A stretch of 33,625 nucleotides of DNA from a bacterium (GCA_017444705.1 JAFSWA010000017.1:1-33625); one strand, 5' to 3'; counted from the stretch's first letter, positions 23,598 to 32,057 are shown. Made by a program: numbers and translations. The notes: generated from the sequence alone by a model not told the origin.

Positions 23598-25319
23598 TTA
23601 TACTTTCAATTGACTTACAGGAGCCTGTTGAGGAATTACTCCCTCTTCAATTGATTGATACACTCTGTAATCAATATCTTGGAAACAATTATCAATATCT
23701 TCGATATAAGATAATTCTTTATCATCAATATTGCCGGATTCAATCATATCCGCAATTTTTTCAAATCTTTCAACGTGTCCTCTGAATCTTTCTGTTGCAT
23801 AATCTTTTGCCTGCCATGTAGTAATTAAGAAAGGCCAATCCGAACTTTGAAGCAGTAAATTCTCTCTTGCTAACTGTTTCAATGCTCTTAAAAGCAATTT
23901 ATCATTCGGCATCTCTTTGTAGTTATCAACAATAGCCGTAATTCTTCTTTCGCAACCGTGAATAATCGGCCACATCCATTCTGTCAGATGGTTTTGCCAT
24001 ACCCAGAAATGACCGCCTTGTCCCCAAGAACTTTCAGGGATTTGAATAGCTTCAACCGGCGGATGTTTCATTAAATATTCACCCGCTGTGCATCTTTCGA
24101 CATCAGGTACATAATTATTGAATTTTTTGATAACTTGTTTAATAAATTCAACACCCTCAAACCACCAGTGACCAAATAATTCCGTATCAAACGAAACCAT
24201 TACTAAGCCTTCTTTTCCGCCGTGAGCTTTCTTATAATCATTCAAAAGGTGATAAATTAAAGTTGTGTAATGGTCTGAATTTTCTCCGACTTTGTTAAAT
24301 GCCAAAACAGGGTCATACAACATTTTGTCACCCAAATCGGTAGTCGGACTTGTAATTCTCCAATAATGCATACCCGACTTATCATCTTTCTTGTGAAATT
24401 CTCTGAAACAACCATCACCCGGATAACCGTCGGCAGCAGACCATACCTGATAACCGGCTCTGTCATTTCTTCCCATAACAGCAACCTGAGCATCAGGCAA
24501 CCAATAAGCGGAATATGTATCATAGCCTGTCGGTTCTCTGTCAGGAAGCGGAATATATTCAATATTTCCGTACATACCAATTACTCTTCTTTGCCCGATT
24601 GAATTTCCGCCTTCAATTACGTGAGACTCAGTAAAGAAATATTGAATATCATTATTTTGCAGGGTAACTTCAATAGCAGGTCTCCATTTCTTATTTCCGT
24701 CTTTACCTGTGTATTCGTATCCTTGACGGTACGCACATTCAGGCAACCAAGCACCCATAGCTTTTCTGCCGAATAAACGTTTTGTCGTAGCAGCACCTAC
24801 TGCAAATTGAGCGTTAAGATTTGAATCAGTCGCCAATAACGGTGAAAATCCGTGCGTAGCACCTGATGTAGTAATTTCAATACAACCTAAATCCTGAAAC
24901 TTTTTAAATGCTCCTATTAAATCTCTGTTGTATTTATTTACAAAACTGTCTTTTATTTTGTTGAACCAATTATAGTAGTAAGTAGCAAGGAATTTTAAAT
25001 GTTGAGAATGAGCAACTTCCGGAGAAGGATATCTATCTAAATCCTTTGAAACCTTTGCTATTCTTGAATCAAGATATTCAACAAACCCTTGTTTTAAATG
25101 TTCGTCATTCAACTGCTCAGCCAAAATAGGGGTTATACCGACAGTCAATTTTGCCTTTATTCCGTCATCGTAATATAGCTCCGAAATAGCATTCAATAAA
25201 GGAATGTAAGTTTCACACATACATTCATAAAGATTCTCTTCCCCGAAAGGCCACATACCGGCTTTACGATAAAAGGGAAGATGCGAGTGTAACATAAAGA
25301 CAAATGATCCGACTGTCAT
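23598..25319 (-). CDS. GH57-family 1,4-alpha-glucan branching enzyme
   Basis: FVFMLHSHLPFYRKAGMWPFGEE N-terminus, WLPECAY (nucleophile Glu) and SFDTELFGHWWFEG (acid/base Asp). Strong SD AAGGAGAAAATT. Confidence 0.9.
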   Translation of the reverse strand: MTVGSFVFMLHSHLPFYRKAGMWPFGEENLYECMCETYIPLLNAISELYYDDGIKAKLTVGITPILAEQLNDEHLKQGFVEYLDSRIAKVSKDLDRYPSPEVAHSQHLKFLATYYYNWFNKIKDSFVNKYNRDLIGAFKKFQDLGCIEITTSGATHGFSPLLATDSNLNAQFAVGAATTKRLFGRKAMGAWLPECAYRQGYEYTGKDGNKKWRPAIEVTLQNNDIQYFFTESHVIEGGNSIGQRRVIGMYGNIEYIPLPDREPTGYDTYSAYWLPDAQVAVMGRNDRAGYQVWSAADGYPGDGCFREFHKKDDKSGMHYWRITSPTTDLGDKMLYDPVLAFNKVGENSDHYTTLIYHLLNDYKKAHGGKEGLVMVSFDTELFGHWWFEGVEFIKQVIKKFNNYVPDVERCTAGEYLMKHPPVEAIQIPESSWGQGGHFWVWQNHLTEWMWPIIHGCERRITAIVDNYKEMPNDKLLLRALKQLARENLLLQSSDWPFLITTWQAKDYATERFRGHVERFEKIADMIESGNIDDKELSYIEDIDNCFQDIDYRVYQSIEEGVIPQQAPVSQLKV

Positions 25320-25456
25320 AATTTTCTCCTTGTTTTACATTTTATATTATTGTTATATCATAAACAGAAAAAAAAATAACCCCCCTCAATTAAATTTTTT
25401 TGTTTTATTTATGTAGTAGAAACAACCCACTCTTGAAAACCTAAACGCCAAGCCAC

Positions 25457-25504
25457 TTTTCAGAATGTAACAAAATGTAAAAGTTTTAGTGTATAATTTA
25501 CACT
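25457..25504 (-). promoter_or_regulatory. Candidate regulatory module upstream of the GH57 gene
   Basis: Inverted repeat AGTGTA-N5-TACACT (25488-25504), then in gene orientation TTTTACATTTTGTTACATTCTGAAAA. Co-linear with 8906-8971. Confidence 0.5.
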
Positions 25505-25541
25505 TATATCTTTTTTATAAATACTTTTGTATATAATTTTA

Positions 25542-25562
25542 AGGGTGAGATAAACTCACCCT
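25542..25562 (-). terminator. Terminator hairpin downstream of the DUF378 gene
   Basis: AGGGTGAG-ATAAA-CTCACCCT with an A/T-rich tail. Confidence 0.55.
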
Positions 25563-25570
25563 GTAAATTT

Positions 25571-25783
25571 TTAATAATCGGTTTCATTTTTTGCACATAC
25601 ATAAATTATTGAGCCGTAAATCAGTGCAGACAAACCTACCAAAACATATACAATTCTTGTCCACAACGTCATATCACCCAACAAAAATGCAACCAAATCA
25701 AATTGTAAAAGACCGATAAGACCCCAATTTAAAGCCCCGACAAAAACAAGCCAAAATGTAAGCCACTTAAAAAATTTACACAT
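25571..25783 (-). CDS. DUF378 small membrane protein
   Basis: GALNWGLIG motif and two TM segments. ATG 25783 is preceded by AAGGAGAAAATT. The track start 25822 is an upstream TTG. Confidence 0.8.
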   Translation of the reverse strand: MCKFFKWLTFWLVFVGALNWGLIGLLQFDLVAFLLGDMTLWTRIVYVLVGLSALIYGSIIYVCAKNETDY

Positions 25784-25869
25784 AATTTTCTCCTTTTTTA
25801 CTACATTCTTATTTTTTGTCAAAATAAAAAAAATTGTATTGCTTTTGTGGCTAACTTTTACGACTAAAA

Positions 25870-26331
25870 TTATTGTTTTGCCAAAGCTTCGGCTTCAAGG
25901 CGTTTATTGATTCCTGTATTTCCCGAACGGACATAATATTCACATCTTCTTGCAAATTTATTCAATTGATGTAACACTCTTGTTAGAGGTAAACGGGAAT
26001 TTATTTCATGTTGGAGTCTGTTTTCGTAGCTTTCGCAAGGAATATAATATATAGTTCTTCCGTTTTTATCAGGTTGGGAAAGCGGTTTTACTACCTTTAA
26101 ACCTACATTTCCGTTTCTCTTATATGATATATAAACATCGGCTCCTCTAACCTTTTCTAACGCTTCATCTAAGCTGTATTCTAATCCTGTCACAGGGTCT
26201 TTTCCGTATCGAAAAGGTATTTTTTCATGCGGAGCAAAAGCCCTTAGTGCATATTTTACAACATTTTGCTGCATTGCTGAGGGATTTTGAACTTCTTTAA
26301 CTACTCTTATTTTACCAAAACTTACATTCAT
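25870..26331 (-). CDS. Small hypothetical protein, paralogue 3 of the MN(V/I)SFG family (153 aa)
   Basis: N-terminus MNVSFGKI and central ADVYISYKRNGNVGLKVV, shared with its two upstream neighbours. AAGGAT SD. Confidence 0.7.
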   Translation of the reverse strand: MNVSFGKIRVVKEVQNPSAMQQNVVKYALRAFAPHEKIPFRYGKDPVTGLEYSLDEALEKVRGADVYISYKRNGNVGLKVVKPLSQPDKNGRTIYYIPCESYENRLQHEINSRLPLTRVLHQLNKFARRCEYYVRSGNTGINKRLEAEALAKQ

Positions 26332-26347
26332 TTTTCATTTTATCCTT

Positions 26348-26683
26348 TTATATATTATCTAAAATATTTCTGCAATCATTAGCATATTGTTCTACTTGTT
26401 CAAAAAGACGGGACAGAAATCTTCTGTTGTTCAGCTGCAAAGAGGGTATTATACCTATCGGTTTTTTGTCTGAATTAACTATATCAATTTTTGTATTTCC
26501 GTTTTTTTGATTAATAACAAGAACGTCTGCACCTAATTTTCTTTTGAGAATTATTTCCGGCACTCCAAATCCGACAATACGTGTTGAAAAAATGCCGTCA
26601 ATAACATCTTCTGTTGCAACTTGTTTATCGGTTTTTACTTTTATTTCATTTTTGTAAATTATTTTTCCAAAACTTACATTCAT
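26348..26683 (-). CDS. Small hypothetical protein, paralogue 2 of the MN(V/I)SFG family (111 aa)
   Basis: N-terminus MNVSFGKI and central ADVLVINQKNGNTKIDIV. 24 of the first 25 nt are identical to paralogue 3. Confidence 0.7.
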   Translation of the reverse strand: MNVSFGKIIYKNEIKVKTDKQVATEDVIDGIFSTRIVGFGVPEIILKRKLGADVLVINQKNGNTKIDIVNSDKKPIGIIPSLQLNNRRFLSRLFEQVEQYANDCRNILDNI

Positions 26684-26720
26684 AATGATTCCTTGTTTTT
26701 ACTATCTGCTTCCTTTGTAT

Positions 26721-27203
26721 TTATGCATAATTTGCATCTTCATAAATCTCATTTAATGCCTTTTTTTGTGCTTCTGTCGGAACATTTTTATAGTATCTTG
26801 TGTCATTTATAAGCCTTGTATAATACTCAAATGATAGGGCTTTTAATTTTTCTGCATACGCTGCCAATTTTCCCCGAATTGTTTTTTCGGAAGCACCTGC
26901 ACCAATAGTCAAAGGTTTTTTATCTTTTTCATCTATCTTAAACCAGCCTATTTTCAATTCTTCTTTTTTCTGATTATTATCAACCAGTTTAATTACACTG
27001 GAGCCGTTCTTTTTATGGATTAAAAGAATGTCGGAATACATATCATCAGAAACTTGATCAACGACAGAACCTGTGCAATAATTATCTTTTGGGCAACGAC
27101 TTTCCAAATAATCACCCACCATATCATCTACTTTTCTTTGATGTGGCGTTAATTTTGAAATTTCTTTTTTTACAATTAAATCACCAAAACTTATATTTTT
27201 CAT
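26721..27203 (-). CDS. Small hypothetical protein, paralogue 1 of the MN(V/I)SFG family (160 aa)
   Basis: N-terminus MKNISFGDL and central SDILLIHKKNGSSVIKLV. AAAGGAGAAAAA SD. Confidence 0.7.
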   Translation of the reverse strand: MKNISFGDLIVKKEISKLTPHQRKVDDMVGDYLESRCPKDNYCTGSVVDQVSDDMYSDILLIHKKNGSSVIKLVDNNQKKEELKIGWFKIDEKDKKPLTIGAGASEKTIRGKLAAYAEKLKALSFEYYTRLINDTRYYKNVPTEAQKKALNEIYEDANYA

Positions 27204-27381
27204 TTTTTCTCCTTTTTATACCACTACAAAAATATGAAAGACACTGAATATAAAAATTGTCATGTATTAATTTATATTGTTACATTTCTTAAATGTTTTT
27301 CGATTAAACTTTTTCTTGAAATAAAATCATGTTTAATATATAAAAAAGGAGTAAGTATAGTAAAAGAGAGGAGCTATAATT

Positions 27382-28386
27382 ATGGTAAAAGTAGCAATTA
27401 ACGGCTTTGGAAGAATCGGCCGTAACACATTAAGAGCAGCAATCAGAGAAGGTATTTTCAACAAAATCGATTACGTTGCAATCAACGACCCCGGTTTGAA
27501 ACCCGAAGATGCTGCAAGAATCTTCAAATATGACTCAGTTATGGGTAAATTTGACGGTACTGTTGAAGCTGATGCAGACGGCATCATTATCAACGGCAAA
27601 AAAATCAAATTTTATGCAGAAAAAGATCCGTCAGTATTACCTTGGAAAGATTTAGGCGTTGAAGTTGTTGTTGAATCAACAGGTTTCTTTACGGATGGTG
27701 AAAAAGCAAAAGCTCACATCGCAGCAGGTGCAAAAAAAGTTATTATTTCCGCACCGGCAACAAACGAAGATATAACAATCGTTTTGGGCGTAAATGACAA
27801 TATGTACGATACAACAAAACACAATGTAATTTCAATGGCATCTTGCACAACAAACTGTTTGGCACCCGTTGCAAAAGTTATCGATGAAAAATTCGGAATT
27901 GTTAAAGGTTTGATGACAACAGTTCACTCATACACTGGCGACCAAAGAATTTTGGATGCAGGACACAAAGATCCTCGTCGTGCAAGAGCAGGAGCTTTGA
28001 ATATCGTTCCTACAAAAACAGGTGCAGCAAAAGCTGTTGCTTTGGTATTACCTCAATTGAAGGGTAAGTTGGACGGTTTCGCTATGAGAGTCCCGACTCC
28101 CGATGTTTCACTTGTGGACGTTGTATTTGAACTTTCAAAAGATGTAACTGTTGAAGAAGTTAATGCAGCATTAAAAGCAGGTGCTGACGGACATGTTCTT
28201 TGTTATACGGAAGAACCGCTTGTTTCATCTGATTACATCGGAACAACTCAATCATCAACAGTTGACGCTTTATTAACAAGAGTTATGGGCGGAAACCAAG
28301 TTAAAATCATTTCTTGGTATGATAACGAAATGGGTTATTCAACAAGATTGGCTGAAACAACATTGATGGTTGCTTCAAAATTATAA
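27382..28386 (+). CDS. gap: Type I glyceraldehyde-3-phosphate dehydrogenase
   Basis: VAINGFGRIGR NAD-binding motif and SCTTNCLAP catalytic Cys motif. GAGAGGAG SD. Confidence 0.95.
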   Translation: MVKVAINGFGRIGRNTLRAAIREGIFNKIDYVAINDPGLKPEDAARIFKYDSVMGKFDGTVEADADGIIINGKKIKFYAEKDPSVLPWKDLGVEVVVESTGFFTDGEKAKAHIAAGAKKVIISAPATNEDITIVLGVNDNMYDTTKHNVISMASCTTNCLAPVAKVIDEKFGIVKGLMTTVHSYTGDQRILDAGHKDPRRARAGALNIVPTKTGAAKAVALVLPQLKGKLDGFAMRVPTPDVSLVDVVFELSKDVTVEEVNAALKAGADGHVLCYTEEPLVSSDYIGTTQSSTVDALLTRVMGGNQVKIISWYDNEMGYSTRLAETTLMVASKL

Positions 28387-28405
28387 TTTTAAACATTATA
28401 ATAAC

Positions 28406-28437
28406 AAAGAGGAATTGCTGATTGCAATTCCTCTTTT
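28406..28437 (+). terminator. Intrinsic terminator after gap
   Basis: AAGAGGAATTGC ... GCAATTCCTCTT followed by TTT. Confidence 0.85.
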
Positions 28438-28469
28438 ATATTTAATAAAATTTAAATAATAAATTTCTC

Positions 28470-28520
28470 TTGACAAAGTGTTAGGTTTCCCTTACAATAG
28501 TGTTAGGAGAACCTAACACT
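28470..28520 (+). promoter_or_regulatory. Promoter plus palindromic operator of the DtxR/MntR-type repressor gene
   Basis: TTGACA (28470-28475), 17-nt spacer, TACAAT (28493-28498). Palindrome AGTGTTAGG-AGAA-CCTAACACT lies at 28499-28520, and an extra half-site AAGTGTTAGGTT sits inside the spacer. Confidence 0.65.
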
Positions 28521-28525
28521 TTAAT

Positions 28526-28957
28526 ATGATTACGACTTCTCAAAATTTGTCTTCGGGATTAGAGGACTACATTGAAACAATATATATTTCTTTGCAATCG
28601 GGAGAAAACCTTAAAGGTGCCGAGCTTGCAAGGAGACTTTTTATCTCTCGTGCTTCCGTTTCGGAAGCACTTTCTAAGTTAGTTAATTTGGGTTTGATAG
28701 AGTATGAAAGCTACGGCTACATTAAACTCACCGAAATCGGTATAAAGGAGGGCAAAAGAGTTTATTCAAAACATGGAATTTTGAAAGACTTTTTTAAAAA
28801 TATTTTGGGAATAAACGAAAAAGAGGCAAGTGAAAACGCTTGTGAAATTGAGCATGTAATTTCTCAAAACGTACTTGAAAGACTTACGAAATTTTCAAAA
28901 TTCTGTAAAGAAAATCCAAACTTAATAGAAAAGTTTAAAAAAGAAAGTTTAATATAA
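28526..28957 (+). CDS. DtxR/MntR-family metal-dependent transcriptional repressor
   Basis: LEDYIETIY, a winged HTH (AELARRLFISRASVSEALSKL) and a dimerisation/metal region with KHGILKDFF and ACEIEHVIS. Confidence 0.88.
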   Translation: MITTSQNLSSGLEDYIETIYISLQSGENLKGAELARRLFISRASVSEALSKLVNLGLIEYESYGYIKLTEIGIKEGKRVYSKHGILKDFFKNILGINEKEASENACEIEHVISQNVLERLTKFSKFCKENPNLIEKFKKESLI

Positions 28958-28973
28958 TTTTTCTCACTTAAAC

Positions 28974-29005
28974 AGCCCTCAAAGAAATTTGCAGGGCTTT
29001 ATTTT
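28974..29005. terminator. Possible terminator between convergent genes
   Basis: AGCCCT (28974-28979) / AGGGCT (28993-28998) with a 13-nt loop, followed by a T-rich tract. Weak stem. Confidence 0.3.
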
Positions 29006-30137
29006 ACGGTAAAACAATTTTTCCCATAGTAGTTTGTTTTTTAGCACCTGTGGCTTTTGGTTCGTTGTTTGGTTGTTCAAAATATCTCTGATAACCGAGA
29101 ATTGCAAAAGCAATTGCCTCTTTAAAGTCATCTGAAACCCCGAAATCACTGATAAAACTTACATTAATTTTTGAAAAATCTTTTATATATTTTACAATTG
29201 CTTGATTTTTAACTCCTCCGCCGGATAAGATAATCTCATCAATTTTTACGGAAGAAAAATCTCTCAGTGATTTTGCGATTGCAAAACCTGTATAAGCTGA
29301 CAAGGTTGCGATTAAAGTTTCATGCGGTAATTTTTTAAAGTTTATAACATCTTCTAAAAATCTTTCGGAATAATATTCTTTTCCCGTAGATTTTGGCGGT
29401 TTTTGTGTTAAAAATTTATCATAAGATTGCATAAAATCCAAAAGTTCTTTGTTGTAATCAGCAGATAACCCAATTTCACCATTTTTATCGAAAGGTTTGT
29501 TGTAAAATTTTTGCATAGCTAAATCAATAAGGGCATTAGCGGGAGCATTATCAAAGGCAAGAAATTCACCGTTTTTGCCCAAAATTGTAACATTTGCTAT
29601 TCCGCCGAGATTTTGAAGAGCGACATTTTTATCGGTTTTGGAAAACAATAGTTTATCAAAAAACGGTATAAGTGGTGCCCCTTGACCGCTAAGTGCCATA
29701 TCACAAGGTCTGAAATCACCGACGGTTATAATTCCTGTTTTTTTTGCGATACAGGATAATTCACCTATTTGTAAGGTGGAATTTTCTGAATATCCGCAAA
29801 ACTTATTATTAGTCGGATTATGAAAAACTGTTTGCCCGTGAGATGAAATCAAATCGAGTTTTTTAATGTCAAAATTTGCATTTTCACACAATTTGAAAAC
29901 ACAGTCGGCATAAAACTCCCCCAAAACAAAGTTTAGACTGCAAAGTTCCTTAATTGTTCCGTTCCCTTTTATTAATTTAAAAATTTCTTTTTTTATCAAA
30001 GGATGGTAGTTGAATATTTCTCCTTTTAAAAATTCAAAACTCAAATCCGGATTGATTTTGCACAAGGCACAATCAACACCGTCAAAAGATGTTCCGCTCA
30101 TAACTCCGACAACAAATAAAGACGATTTTAACATCAC
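29004..30137 (-). CDS. anmK: Anhydro-N-acetylmuramic acid kinase
   Basis: GVMSGTSFDGVD N-terminal motif and typical length. GTG 30137 overlaps the upstream stop (TAGTG). ATG 30134 is an equally plausible start. Confidence 0.88.
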   Translation of the reverse strand: MMLKSSLFVVGVMSGTSFDGVDCALCKINPDLSFEFLKGEIFNYHPLIKKEIFKLIKGNGTIKELCSLNFVLGEFYADCVFKLCENANFDIKKLDLISSHGQTVFHNPTNNKFCGYSENSTLQIGELSCIAKKTGIITVGDFRPCDMALSGQGAPLIPFFDKLLFSKTDKNVALQNLGGIANVTILGKNGEFLAFDNAPANALIDLAMQKFYNKPFDKNGEIGLSADYNKELLDFMQSYDKFLTQKPPKSTGKEYYSERFLEDVINFKKLPHETLIATLSAYTGFAIAKSLRDFSSVKIDEIILSGGGVKNQAIVKYIKDFSKINVSFISDFGVSDDFKEAIAFAILGYQRYFEQPNNEPKATGAKKQTTMGKIVLP

Positions 30138-30514
30138 TAATCCTTTTTCTTGTCTTTATTTTTTGATTTTTGTTCTTTTTTAGGAGTTTTTTCTTCGGGT
30201 TCATGAATAATAATCAAAACTTCATCTTCACCTGACATTTTCAAGTTATTTCTTGCAATTGCTTCATAACTTCTTGCATCCAAATCCCCAAGCTGTTTTT
30301 TTAGGTTTTCATTTTTTTGTGCAGTTTCAATTTGAATTTTTTTCATTTCTTTTATTTTTCCTTGATAAGAAACGATTTTCAAAATATTTTCAAAAGTGGA
30401 TTTAATAGTAATTCCGATACATAGAAGAAGAACAATGGTCAAAAAAGAATAATACCGTTTTTTAATTCGATTTGGTTTTTCAAATTTTAAAGACCTTTTT
30501 CTTAATCTCACCAT
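30137..30514 (-). CDS. FtsB/DivIC-type septum formation initiator family protein
   Basis: Basic N-terminus, single TM (YYSFLTIVLLLCIGITI), coiled-coil segment and K-rich tail. Confidence 0.65.
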   Translation of the reverse strand: MVRLRKRSLKFEKPNRIKKRYYSFLTIVLLLCIGITIKSTFENILKIVSYQGKIKEMKKIQIETAQKNENLKKQLGDLDARSYEAIARNNLKMSGEDEVLIIIHEPEEKTPKKEQKSKNKDKKKD

Positions 30515-30662
30515 GCCAAAAACACTCCCTGCTATCTAAATTTACCATAAAATAGAAGATAAAATATAAATGTTAAGAAATGTAAAACATGTAAGATTTT
30601 TTGAAATTTGGATTTCAAAAATGTTTTATATAAAGTGAAAGGAAATTAGGAGGATATTTAAC

Positions 30663-31493
30663 ATGGCAGATGGAGTACAAGCACCCGCAAGAGGAAGGGC
30701 GAGTTTTTTACAAAATAATTTTATTAGAATGGTTGCCAAACAACAAATGCAAGAAATAGGTCAACAATATTTGGATTTCTTAAATCAAAGCGGTTTTACA
30801 CCGAATGCGATTAGAGCAAGATTTGGCTTGGCACCGTTACCGCAAGGGGGACAAGGTTACCCGCAACAGTATGGACCGATATCACCTGTGCAGCAGGCTC
30901 AAATTCAGGATATAGAAGAATTAAGGGCACAAGTTAAAGAATTAACAAACATGTTCAAAGTAATTCTTACGCAATTGGGAATATTAAAGCCTGAAACTGC
31001 AAAACCGGAAGTAAAAGTTTTGGCAGACAATAAGACAACTCAACAGGCTGTTGAGGCAAAAACTCAACCCGTAGTTGAAGATAAAACTGTAACCAAAGAC
31101 CAAATGGATGCAAGATTTAACGCAGCAGATGTAAACGGTGACAAAACTGTAACACTTGATGAATACAAAGAGTATTATGCAGCACGTGTTGCAAGAGAAA
31201 CAGGCAAAACTTTTGATAAAAATGATGCTGAATTAGCAAAAATTTATAAAGAAGCAGAAAATGTATTTAATGCTATTGCAGAAATAGATGCTGCAACCGG
31301 TGAACTCACACTTTCAAAAGACAGATTTGACAAAATTGTAAAATACTATGACTCAAAAGATGGTGAAGCAGACGGAAAAATCAACGAAAGCTCCATTGTT
31401 AAAGACATAGACGCAGTAAAAGGAAAAGGAGGAACTATTACAACAGCAACAGGAAAATCGCTTGAAGAAGTTTTGAAAAACATAGTTGCTTAA
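30663..31493 (+). CDS. Hypothetical protein with a Q/P-rich linker and EF-hand-like calcium-binding loops
   Basis: AGGAGG SD. The DVNGDKTVTLDE loop fits the D-x-N-x-D-x(6)-E EF-hand pattern. Weaker loops at EIDAATGELTLS and DSKDGEADGKINE. Confidence 0.65.
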   Translation: MADGVQAPARGRASFLQNNFIRMVAKQQMQEIGQQYLDFLNQSGFTPNAIRARFGLAPLPQGGQGYPQQYGPISPVQQAQIQDIEELRAQVKELTNMFKVILTQLGILKPETAKPEVKVLADNKTTQQAVEAKTQPVVEDKTVTKDQMDARFNAADVNGDKTVTLDEYKEYYAARVARETGKTFDKNDAELAKIYKEAENVFNAIAEIDAATGELTLSKDRFDKIVKYYDSKDGEADGKINESSIVKDIDAVKGKGGTITTATGKSLEEVLKNIVA

Positions 31494-31515
31494 TTTAAAA
31501 AATCTAAAAATTGAT

Positions 31516-31558
31516 AAAAATCCTTTTGTATAATATAATTTATACAAAGGGATTTTTT
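31516..31558 (+). terminator. Intrinsic terminator that also embeds an extended -10 and the kdsC SD
   Basis: About 18-bp stem (31516-31533 / 31540-31557, one G-U) with loop TATAAT, followed by a T-run. TGTATAAT lies at 31527-31534 and AAGGGA at 31547-31552. Confidence 0.7.
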
Positions 31559-31559
31559 C

Positions 31560-32057
31560 ATGAAACCGCAATTAGATTTAGGCTCATCAATAAAACTTAT
31601 AGTGACTGATTTTGACGGAATTTTGACTGACGGTTCAATTTATGTTCACGAGGACGGTACAACCTCTAAAAAATTGAACTACAAGGATTTAATGGGTATT
31701 TTTCAGGCAATTAAATCGGGAATTAATATTGCAATAATTTCCGGTGATAAATCAAAAGCAATAGATATTTTGAAAGAAAAATGTCCTACAATTGATACAT
31801 ATCAAAATATCAGAATAAAGATTGACATATTAAAAGACCTTGTGGATAAGTATTATCTTACCCCTGATGAAGTTGTTTATATCGGTGATGATATTAATGA
31901 CATTATCTGTCTTGAAACCGTAAAATATAAGGTAACGGTTCCGAATGCAAATTGGCAGGTTAAAAAAATTCCCGATATTCAAATTACCCAAAATAACGGT
32001 GGTGACGGAGCTTTCAGAGAAGTTGTCGATTCGATAATTTTTTCACGGATAAATTAA
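31560..32057 (+). CDS. kdsC: KdsC-type HAD phosphatase (3-deoxy-D-manno-octulosonate 8-phosphate phosphatase family)
   Basis: LIVTDFDGILTDG (DxD motif), ISGD and GDDINDI motifs. Typical size of 165 aa. Confidence 0.8.
   Translation: MKPQLDLGSSIKLIVTDFDGILTDGSIYVHEDGTTSKKLNYKDLMGIFQAIKSGINIAIISGDKSKAIDILKEKCPTIDTYQNIRIKIDILKDLVDKYYLTPDEVVYIGDDINDIICLETVKYKVTVPNANWQVKKIPDIQITQNNGGDGAFREVVDSIIFSRIN

Noticed and set aside
24257-24602. Track ORFs nested in or antisense to the GH57 gene (24257-24580, 24366-24602), and similar nested ORFs inside other enzymes (7470-7790, 9321-9641, 12849-13112, 13936-14154, 15225-15428, 22249-22518)
   Set aside because: All lie within strongly supported enzyme-coding frames, lack SDs and have no recognisable motifs.
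27279-27291. 13-mer TTACATTTCTTAA shared between the gap upstream region and (reverse-complemented) 30573-30585 upstream of the FtsB-like gene, as a possible common operator
   Set aside because: My rough estimate is that several 13-nt matches are expected by chance among the A/T-rich intergenic regions of this window. There is no palindromic structure and no obvious functional link. It is probably -35-like TTTACA context.
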